A DNA stretch of 64,000 bases from Nemertoderma westbladi (Eukaryota; Animalia; Xenacoelomorpha). Positions 40,401 through 49,779 of this stretch are shown here, piece after piece. Numbering within the stretch: position 1 is the first letter of the stretch; every line of letters starts with the position of its first letter. Below the pieces are notes generated by a model. The model did no database searches. It had not been told where the DNA came from and worked only from the letters and a program-made list of their open reading frames with translations. Position numbers and translations under genes: made by a program. Where the stretch lies: positions 13,783-77,782 of the forward strand of contig JAUCBJ010007602.1 of the NCBI GenBank assembly GCA_032718475.1. Reading direction: 5' to 3'.

Positions 40401-42779
40401 TATGTGTCTCCTAAACAACGTTATGTATATATGTGTCTCCTAAACAACGTTATGTATATATGTGTCTCCTAAACAACGTTATGTATATATATGTCTCCTA
40501 AACAACGTTATGTATATATGTCTCCTAAACAACGTTATGTATATGTCTCCTAAACAACGTTATGTATATATGTGTCTCCTAAACAACGTTATGTATATAT
40601 GTGTCTCCTAAACAACGTTATGTATATATGTGTCTCCTAAACAACGTTATGTATATATGTGTCTCCTAAACAACGTTATGTATATATGTGTCTCCTAAAC
40701 AACGTTATGTATATATGTCTCCTAAACAACGTTATGTATATGTGTCTCCTAAACAACGTTATGTATATATGTATCCTAAACAACGTTATGTATATGTCTC
40801 CTAAACAACGTTATGTATATGTGTCTCGTAAACAACGTTATGTATATATGTCTCCTAAACAACGTTATGTATATGTGTCTCCTAAACAACGTTATGTATA
40901 TGTGTCTCCTAAACAACGTTATGTATATATGTCTCCTAAACAACGTTATGTATATGTCTCCTAAACAACGTTATGTATATGTGTCTCCTAAACAACGTTA
41001 TGTATATATGTTTCCTAAACAACGTTATGTATATGTGTCTCCTAAACAACGTTATGTATATATGTCTCCTAAACAACGTTATGTATATATGTCTCCTAAA
41101 CAACGTTATGTATATATGTCTCCTAAACAACGTTATGTATATATGTGTCTCCTAAACAACGTTATGTATATATGTCTCCTAAACAACGTTATGTATATAT
41201 GTCTCCTAAACAACGTTATGTATATATGTATCCTAAACAACGTTATATATATGTCTCCTAAACAACGTTATGTATATGTGTCTCGTAAACAACGTTATGT
41301 ATATATGTCTCCTAAACAACGTTATGTATATGTGTCTCCTAAACAACGTTATGTATATGTGTCTCCTAAACAACGTTATGTATATATATGTCTCCTAAAC
41401 AACGTTATGTATATATGTCTCCTAAACAACGTTATGTATATGTCTCCTAAACAACGTTATGTATATATGTGTCTCCTAAACAACGTTATGTATATATGTG
41501 TCTCCTAAACAACGTTATGTATATATGTGTCTCCTAAACAACGTTATGTATATATGTGTCTCCTAAACAACGTTATGTATATATGTGTCTCCTAAACAAC
41601 GTTATGTATATATGTGTCTCCTAAACAACGTTATGTATATATGTGTCTCCTAAACAACGTTATGTATATATGTCTCCTAAACAACGTTATGTATATGTCT
41701 CCTAAACAACGTTATGTATATGTGTCTCCTAAACAACGTTATGTATATATGTTTCCTAAACAACGTTATGTATATGTGTCTCCTAAACAACGTTATGTAT
41801 ATATGTCTCCTAAACAACGTTATGTATATATGTCTCCTAAACAACGTTATGTATATATGTCTCCTAAACAACGTTATGTATATATGTGTCTCCTAAACAA
41901 CGTTATGTATATATGTCTCCTAAACAACGTTATGTATATATGTCTCCTAAACAACGTTATGTATATATGTATCCTAAACAACGTTATGTATATGTGTGTC
42001 CTAAACAACGTTATGTATATGTGTCTCCTAAACAACGTTATGTATATGTGTCTACTAAACAACGTTATGTATATGTGTCTACTAAACAACGTTATGTATA
42101 TATGTCTACTAAACAACGTTATGTATATGTGTGTCCTAAACAACGTTATGTATATGTGTCTCCTAAACAACGTTATGTATATGTGTCTCCTAAACAACGT
42201 TATGTATATATGTATCCTAAACAACGTTATGTATATATGTGTCTCCTAAACAACGTTATGTATATATGTCTCCTAAACAACGTTATGTATATATGTGTCT
42301 CCTAAACAACGTTATGTATATATGTGTCTCCTAAACAACGTTATGTATATGTGTCTCCTAAACAACGTTATGTATATATGTCTCCTAAACAACGTTATGT
42401 ATATGTGTCTCCTAAACAACGTTATGTATATATGTATCCTAAACAACGTTATGTATATGTCTCCTAAACAACGTTATGTATATGTGTCTCGTAAACAACG
42501 TTATGTATATATGTCTCCTAAACAACGTTATGTATATATGTCTCGTAAACAACGTTATGTATATGTGTCTCCTAAACAACGTTATGTATATATGTATCCT
42601 AAACAACGTTATGTATATGTCTCCTAAACAACGTTATGTATATGTGTCTCGTAAACAACGTTATGTATATATGTCTCCTAAACAACGTTATGTATATATG
42701 TCTCGTAAACAACGTTATGTATATGTGTCTCCTAAACAACGTTATGTATATGTGTCTCCTAAACAACGTTATGTATATG
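34429..42779. repeat. 25/27/29-bp AT-rich satellite (about 8.35 kb, roughly 310 units)
   Basis: Unit TCTCCTAAACAACGTTATGTATAT(A/G)TG; length variants differ by TA/TG dinucleotides. Confidence 0.98.
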
Positions 42780-43806
42780 TAATTGAAGAGATACGCCTAT
42801 TCCTACTATTGGAAGAGACGGTAACAATACCTGCAATATCCTACTGTAAAGTTTGTAAATCAAATCATAAATCCGACCTTCTCACCAAAACAGTAAACTC
42901 TAAGTAAGCGAATATATTGCAGTATCGATCTCTTATAACCGGTGAGGCAGAAAACAGTCTACGAGCAGACAAACTTCGATAAAACAAATCCCGCGCAGCG
43001 AATCCTAAAATCAGGCTGACTCACTGACGGACTAAGAGGCTCGTATACTTTGCCGCGGTGTGATTTATATGGTTGAGCAAAGGGGCGCTAGCTAGGTATA
43101 GAGCAGATATTTGGAGATGTCTAACTAGCGGGCAAAGCACAGTACGGACTAAGTTAATTTTATATATTTCGAGGTGTAAATAATTTCTAACGCGCGTGTG
43201 TTAATTCTGAACGGTCAAAAACAGTTTTGCTCCTTCACATATATAATTACTGGGTACGGTGTGCATTTACGAATATTCTAATTTTGTAACTTGTAGGTCC
43301 AATACTCACGAATGATAAGGTCCCTTCCCCTCTTGCGTATTTCCAGGACTCAAATTCAGGCATAAGGTTAATACTACGCCCAGAATTCGGCAATTTTAGG
43401 TACCAGGTCCCTGATACTAAGAAGAGATGTGTTAGTTTACTACTGTAGGCGTACGGGTACTAATAGCTATCCTGGCTCCTATCTAGAATTCTAGTCACCC
43501 AGGTAGTCCGGGTAACTTCCTATTAGGGCGTTGGCGGGGACACGGTAGATGTTAGTATATCCCTGATAGCCTCAATTTATTTGCGCCTAGTGTAAACTGC
43601 CCTACCGCCTGAACGGTACAATCCCAATTCAGGTGAAAACACAGCAACCCCCCTAGCCTACAAGTTCTGATGTAATGGACACTGTTGTACGGCAAATAGT
43701 CGCACACACACCTGTACTTAGCAAGAGTTAAGCGTACAGTTTGCTGCACCCTAACCAATGTGTATGCCTTGTACCGGTGTGCCTACGTCCTATCTGCGTA
43801 CTAGTA
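42780..43806 (-). repeat. Putative 3' LTR of element 2A (about 1027 bp; TA...TA ends)
   Basis: The left end TAATTGAAGAG is shared by three copies. The right end is inferred from the adjacent PPT and an imperfect inverted repeat (TAATTG / CTAGTA). Confidence 0.65.
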
Positions 43807-43838
43807 TCTGCTCTCTCTCCCTCCCCCGTAGGAATGTG
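43807..43838 (-). promoter_or_regulatory. Polypurine tract (43807-43827) preceded by an 11-mer complementary to the PBS (43828-43838)
   Basis: The minus strand reads CACATTCCTAC-GGGGGAGGGAGAGAGAGCAGA-TACTAG; the same arrangement occurs at 62449-62481. Confidence 0.7.
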
Positions 43839-44485
43839 AAGGTCTACTGTGGGTTTTCCTGAATCAAGACAGTACAGTCCCTATGATGTAATTTTAGGCT
43901 TGCAGCGTGTCACTACGTCTACCTCTTGATCTTTTGGTCTTATACTTAGGTAGCAAGGATCGAACGCTGTCTAACCTTTCAGGCGATGGGCGAATAACTC
44001 TAAGATGGTATTGCGGGTTGTCTCTCGTCTACATTCCCGTGATGTTCCCGTTCATTGCTGCGGCCCGATCTCTAGCCGGCCATCCTGTCCCTGAGTTTGT
44101 TCACCGTAGTGAATTCATAGTAAAACAGAAAAGCTGAGAGAATATTCTGACTTTATTACAGAAGACACAATTATAATACAATGTAATCTGAGAATAAACT
44201 AAGCACGACAGAATAAATCTGAGAAGTATAGATTGAAAATTGAAGATAGTGTGAGTGATAACTAATGAACGAATCGCACCTTTATATACTAAATTTGTGC
44301 TGCAATCAATCGAGAAAATTCTCGATTGTTCTATGGGTTCTAACAAGGTTTTAAAGATAGCTTATTGGTCCAGCTAATATATAACTTGCACGACATTGGT
44401 TACAATCAAATAACTACAGCCTTATTGGTACAGACAAATGCAATTAATTTGTAGCGGTTAATTTAAATGAGTTGAAATTCTGCAC

Positions 44486-44573
44486 AAAAAATAATTCGCA
44501 CTTACTAGGATTCGAACTCGATACCTACTACACATATAATTTCCAACGCTCTACCAACTGAGCTACTGAACCA
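44486..44573 (-). ncRNA. tRNA-like Pol III cassette inside element 2A (degenerate; not a functional tRNA)
   Basis: TAGCTCAGTTGGTAGAGC (A box and D-arm), GAGTTCGAATCC (B box), then TTTTTT; acceptor and anticodon stems do not pair; identical copy at about 63119-63206. Confidence 0.55.
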
Positions 44574-45396
44574 CTTGACCGATAGATACACAATAGATAG
44601 AACCAATACTAATGAGAACTCAAAGCAATCTTTACAAAGTTAATTCGAATAAAATAAAATTTTGAAAATCCACGGCATTTAGGGAATATAATTCTATACC
44701 GCTCCATGAAAACAGGATATTATCGTGCATAAAAATATACGGTTTTCACCAATAATCAATCAAACTATAGAATACTTAGGGCGTACTTACATATTTACAA
44801 TTAAATTTCAAACAATACTTCCTTTCTACGTAATGATTCGATACAAAATAATTACAAATTCAAACTTTACGTATTTAAGGCTTTACTAAGTAAGTACAAT
44901 ATAAATCTAAATTAAATTCACCAATATAAATCTATTGCATCTCAATATTGCATAAATTTAAACAATTACAAATACAAATAAATGAAAACAATAAGAAAGG
45001 CTCGCGAGTCTTCCATCTACTATTGCATCCCAAATATTGCATAAATTCAAGTAATTACAAATACTTTCGTACCTAAATGTAGATTGCATAAGTTTGGAAT
45101 AATTACAAATATGAGTCTTTCTGAGCACAAAATTTTCCATCTATAAAACTTTCTATTTCACTGTAAATACAAATACTGCTTATAAAATATAAATTGCATA
45201 ATATTCGGAACTCTTTAGGTAAGTTCGGAATAATCACAAATATAAAATATAAATTCTTACAAATATAAATCTTTCAAATATAAGTTCCTTCTAAATATAA
45301 ACACTTAAATTTTCTAAATATAAAACATATAATTCAAAATAAATCACTAATCATAAGAAAGGCCCACGAGTCTTCCGTCCACCCTTGCCCTCCCTT

Positions 45397-48300
45397 TTAT
45401 CGCTTAGTAGATCGAGCCCTGCCGCGTCCTCGAAAACTGCGCACAGGTGACTTTGCTCGCGATATGGGACTTGTGGGGCGAGTCACTGGTTTACTTGGGA
45501 CGTTGAGGGACGGTGCGACTATTTCCTCGCAAATTCGTCTATTTGGCATCCCAAAACCTCGACCAATTCCTCGTGACCGATCAGTTGTCGCTACAGTTGG
45601 TAGAACGTCTGGGAACTCGCGAAAGGCGGACGACGCAGACCCAAGAGTAGCTTGCGCCCCCTGTTGATCAGCTGGTGTATGTCCCGATCCTCCTACCGGT
45701 TCTCTTGGAAGTGATACCGTATCCCGAGTAACTCGAATAGTCGGCTCAACTCCCTTGCGTTCTTCTACATTAATAATTTTCTTTAATTGTTGGCCCACTT
45801 TCTGGACCCGTATGATCCTACCCTGTCCGTCCTCCCGAGGGTGACGTGCAGACGGCGCAACCGGAGTGGCTGATATATTCGTCGCCTCTAGGACCTCCTC
45901 TTCCTCGAATACGCTCGCTCGTATACGTTTGTGGTAAAACGCGGCTCGGTACGCCCATGCGACGGTTAACCAAGCTCCCTTGTTCCGCTTTTCAGTTCGG
46001 AAACGATCGAATTCACCATACGTAATCCGATTAACGACTTTCTGAAAATTCCACGTGTTTTTGTTATCTGGGTGAATCTGTAACAGATACTCGCGCACCA
46101 CTCGGAATCCGCTGTCGTGGGGCAAAATATCAACAACCTCGATAAGTTCGTCATATTGGGGCATAGCGGAGATATATCCTTCCGACATCATCGTCTGAGG
46201 GTTTACCGCCCAAAATCCGAGATGCGCTCTCATCGGAAACCGTCTTCTCTGTGCCGATACATGTTCGTCGGCTAAATCTTCCCACTCATCAAATAACTTC
46301 CTCACAAGTTTTACAGATTCGTGTTCATAAGGTATATCTCTCAGTTGGCATTCAGATGCTCGATGTCCCTTTATATTGCAGTAAGTACATTGAGCCATAA
46401 ATCTCCAGCAAGTATAAAAGGTATGAGACCCTTGATCCCCACACCATCCACAGATTAGCTGAGTCGTAGTAATGTGCTTTCCACTGCACTTTGCCATATG
46501 ATGTCCAGCGACGCCACATTTACTACACATCGTATTGGCAGGGTACCACACTCGTTCGTATATAAGATCTCCAATCGGTCGAGCGCTTCCTCCCATACTA
46601 TAATCGTAATCATCTGGGTCTATGGGTTGGTAGGTTTCTGAAGGTTGTAGGCAAACTATAGCATCTGTTGCTTCAAGTTGTCGAATCTCCGTCTGAGATT
46701 TCTTCGGGAGGTTCCTTTCAATCTCAAGAAGTTCCTCTAAAGGATCGTCGGCGATCGTAGTAGTTACTTCGAATTCATCACCAAGGTGACCGATAGGCGC
46801 GCGCGTCTGCCGTGATTCATCCGTAATTTCCACGATACGTTCTCCTTCATAGGGTAACAATGTAAACATAGATGGTCTTTCGATAAGAGATCCCGCACAG
46901 CGAAGATACACGTCTCGAAATATGCTAAATCCTGCTCGAGTAAAGGCATTACACTGAGCGTCGGAGTTGTAGAAGGGTTCAAGGAATCGTCTAAACACGT
47001 CGGTACGAATTCTCCCTTCCATGTAGAACGTATGATCTTCTCCGAGACAAAGTGGATGTCTTTTGAGAGTCCGAGACACAATGTCGGCGATTAGGCAAAC
47101 ATTCACTGACGACTCTATCGCTAAATAATATTGTAAGACCGCTCTTGGAGGTGACGTAATAGCCCAATACACGCATCCTCTCCATTTAAGCTGTGATTCA
47201 AACTCACTCATATCTGGAGTATCACCTTCTCCATAAGTTTCAATATACTTGTTCCTTTTACCTTCCTTATAATCCCAATTGAATAACAGGTAGGAAATGT
47301 ATCCAGTTCCAGTCTTCTGAGTATTATACTCACGAAAATATCCCTGTTCTATAGACCACAGAATAAGAGGTCGAGTGTCGACGTATGGTGTCGGTAGTCG
47401 GTCATCGCTGTCCGTCATGCCGGCGAAGTCGCTAATTAAATCCTCCCTTACTCCTGATCCAACCTTTACAACAGTTTTATCTAAAATCATGTTTCTTACC
47501 ATCTTCGGTAACATTCTAGCGTCAATATTACAAGCTTGGTCCATCTTCTTTACTATATCGGTGATAAGATGGTGTCGCTTTGTATTCGCTGGAGGTATCG
47601 GCATTCGTTTGTCGCTCCTCTGTCTACTGAAAACGTGCAGAACTCCGTCCGCCGCTCTAATCTGTATAGTCTTAGAAGTCAAACTTTGCTGATGACTGCC
47701 GCCCTCGTTATCGTAAAACATATAACCGTTTTCCTGAAACGATCTAAACGTCCTAGTCCATTCATCCAACAATTCTTCCGAAGGTTGCCAAATCTTCTCT
47801 ATATCCTTATCCTCATCGAAACGAATAACCTTACCTCGCCAATCTGCGGCAATATCCGTATCCGACTCGAAGGTTCCGATTCCAATCCATAAACGAATCG
47901 TCTTGGTTAGATATCCTTTCAGATTACTCGGAGCTATGTCGGCACCAGCTCTATCCAGTTCCTTAAAATCTTGGATATGAGGTGGAACGTTGTTCACGAC
48001 CTTTTGAGTAATATGTCTACGTAAATCATATATCTTACTCATATCGCTGAAAACAACTGCAGGAAGAAACTCCAAGTTTGAAATGATTTCTGGATGATCC
48101 ACGATGGGTATTTCGTACGTCGTATCCTGTCGGACTGGTATACTAATAGGGAAATTGAGTGTCGTACTCAATGGTTTCGTAGCTGAAGTACTATACGGTT
48201 GCATTTCTCTTGGCCTCTCCGGGGATGCAATCTGTAATCTCTGAATAACGTTTTGAGCAAAGTTTATGCTCTCGAAAACTTCCGGTGTCATCTCCTTAGC

Positions 48301-49122
48301 TGAAGTTTGATCGTGTGACGTCCAATGGCAAGGTAGGCTCGCGAGTCTTCCACCCCATTCTTCCATCTCACCTTTCTCGAAAGCCTTGTAGGCTCTGTAT
48401 AGGCTAAGAGCTTCTTTCTTTTCGCGGGTTGACTGATTCGCCTCGTCCAGCGTAAGTTCAAATACATCGGGTTCAACAACCTTAGGTGGGTAAATGACAG
48501 TTTCTCCCGCCTTTGGTCCGGTCATAGCAAATGAATGATATGGATTCGATAAAGGATACCCTCCTTCCTGGTAGCGTAGTTGTTGATGATTCGAACACCT
48601 CGCCAATATCGGTTCGGGATTTTCCTTATTCAAACGCATCGGAATCGCATTTCGTTGTTCGCGCATACAAGAACCGCATTGATAATAAAGTTTATAAACT
48701 GAAAATGCTTCCTTGGTTTCTCTATCGTCCCCTCGAGTTCGTCTGTAAAGATGCATTCCATCGAATTCATCGCGTACCGCGGGCATAGGTTCGTGCGCCT
48801 TTAGGTATTGCATGGTATGATACAAACGACTAATTTCAGTATCGGGGTCTTCGCTAATGTCTCCCGTATCACACAAAGCATCGTACGGGTAAAGTTCGTT
48901 GAAGGTTTGGCGCAAACTTTCGATTCTTTCGTTTAATGCGTTTTGCCTTCTCTTTAATACATTCGAGTCATATTTAGTTCTCGCGAGTTTCGCTGTACTT
49001 TCCGATAATTCTTTTATACCAAATATAGTGTAATCCTTGGCTCCAAATCTTTCGAATGGCGCTGCTGCCTCCTCTTGGATATCATATCCCCATCTCGGCT
49101 CTCCTTGTATCCCTTTCTCCAT
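45397..49122 (-). CDS. 1241-aa accessory protein: DEDDy-type (WRN/EXD/Mut-7-like) 3'-5' exonuclease domain plus three CCHC zinc knuckles
   Basis: MFYDNEG (ExoI, 47704-47712), TIQI, LPKMVRNMILDKTVVKVGSGVREDL (ExoII), YVDT, GTGYISYLLFNWDYK, QYYLAIES (ExoIII-like); CSKCGVAGHHMAKC, CGWCGDQGSHTFYTC, CTYCNIKGHRASEC. Confidence 0.85.
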   Translation of the reverse strand: MEKGIQGEPRWGYDIQEEAAAPFERFGAKDYTIFGIKELSESTAKLARTKYDSNVLKRRQNALNERIESLRQTFNELYPYDALCDTGDISEDPDTEISRLYHTMQYLKAHEPMPAVRDEFDGMHLYRRTRGDDRETKEAFSVYKLYYQCGSCMREQRNAIPMRLNKENPEPILARCSNHQQLRYQEGGYPLSNPYHSFAMTGPKAGETVIYPPKVVEPDVFELTLDEANQSTREKKEALSLYRAYKAFEKGEMEEWGGRLASLPCHWTSHDQTSAKEMTPEVFESINFAQNVIQRLQIASPERPREMQPYSTSATKPLSTTLNFPISIPVRQDTTYEIPIVDHPEIISNLEFLPAVVFSDMSKIYDLRRHITQKVVNNVPPHIQDFKELDRAGADIAPSNLKGYLTKTIRLWIGIGTFESDTDIAADWRGKVIRFDEDKDIEKIWQPSEELLDEWTRTFRSFQENGYMFYDNEGGSHQQSLTSKTIQIRAADGVLHVFSRQRSDKRMPIPPANTKRHHLITDIVKKMDQACNIDARMLPKMVRNMILDKTVVKVGSGVREDLISDFAGMTDSDDRLPTPYVDTRPLILWSIEQGYFREYNTQKTGTGYISYLLFNWDYKEGKRNKYIETYGEGDTPDMSEFESQLKWRGCVYWAITSPPRAVLQYYLAIESSVNVCLIADIVSRTLKRHPLCLGEDHTFYMEGRIRTDVFRRFLEPFYNSDAQCNAFTRAGFSIFRDVYLRCAGSLIERPSMFTLLPYEGERIVEITDESRQTRAPIGHLGDEFEVTTTIADDPLEELLEIERNLPKKSQTEIRQLEATDAIVCLQPSETYQPIDPDDYDYSMGGSARPIGDLIYERVWYPANTMCSKCGVAGHHMAKCSGKHITTTQLICGWCGDQGSHTFYTCWRFMAQCTYCNIKGHRASECQLRDIPYEHESVKLVRKLFDEWEDLADEHVSAQRRRFPMRAHLGFWAVNPQTMMSEGYISAMPQYDELIEVVDILPHDSGFRVVREYLLQIHPDNKNTWNFQKVVNRITYGEFDRFRTEKRNKGAWLTVAWAYRAAFYHKRIRASVFEEEEVLEATNISATPVAPSARHPREDGQGRIIRVQKVGQQLKKIINVEERKGVEPTIRVTRDTVSLPREPVGGSGHTPADQQGAQATLGSASSAFREFPDVLPTVATTDRSRGIGRGFGMPNRRICEEIVAPSLNVPSKPVTRPTSPISRAKSPVRSFRGRGRARSTKR

Positions 49123-49779
49123 AATTAGGGTGTAGTTACATAATCATTACTACTAGAGGGAATACAACAGAGTTTGTAGTTAGTTGTGAGGAGACGTGAG
49201 AGTTTCGTCTGCCCTTTGGGCTCGACAACGCTCTAACCTCCTACCCATAGCCTAAGATCTAGGGTTTCTTTAATGACACGCTGCTTCTTATCTAAAATTT
49301 TTGCCGAAATAAAAACGAATTTGGGCTAAACTGGCCGTGAGTCTAAAATACTCACTTTTTGATCCCAAACTATTATCAGAAAATAAGCAGTCAAGAATTA
49401 GTAATAAATATAGGGGAGTCTATTTTGACGTAACTTATTGAAACAAGACCGTGTAAAATTTTATTAAAATTTTAAGAAAGGCTCGCAAGTCTTCCTCTCT
49501 TGTTTCTCTAATTTTAAGTTCCACCCGACTGTACCCTGAAATCTATTCACTGGAGAAATTTTTAAAAATTTTTCAAATCCAAATGGATTGTCTAAAATTT
49601 CGAAAATGTCTCAATATTGTGAGTTCCAAGTAGAATTCCATTTCTTATACCTACAAATCCCGCTCCTATGTGACACATAAGGGTACTACCCTCAATGTTC
49701 ACATATAAAGACAATGGAATTCTACCGCTGTCCTTACTACGGTGTACAGGTACGTGGAAATCTATTTGTAAACTTCTAA

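Noticed and set aside
34339-42907. Dozens of ORFs (MSPKQRYVY.., LLNNVMY..) and a CRISPR-like periodicity
   Set aside because: These are translations of a 27-bp tandem satellite; there are no unique spacers and no cas genes.
42780-43441. The 660-bp repeat as the complete LTR, making 60765-62084 a 2-LTR junction
   Set aside because: No purine tract adjoins 43442; the clear PPT lies 365 bp further in, favouring a ~1.03-kb LTR.
44498-44573. Functional tRNA gene
   Set aside because: Only the D-arm and A/B boxes are intact; acceptor and anticodon stems do not pair.
42778-45381. A canonical TG...CA LTR of about 2.6 kb starting after the purine run next to the exonuclease stop codon
   Set aside because: The TG at 42778 is explained by the satellite and is absent from the other two copies; disfavoured but not fully excluded.
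45397-49122. Envelope (env) gene in the ORF position downstream of integrase
   Set aside because: No signal peptide or transmembrane anchor is visible; nuclease and knuckle motifs are present instead.
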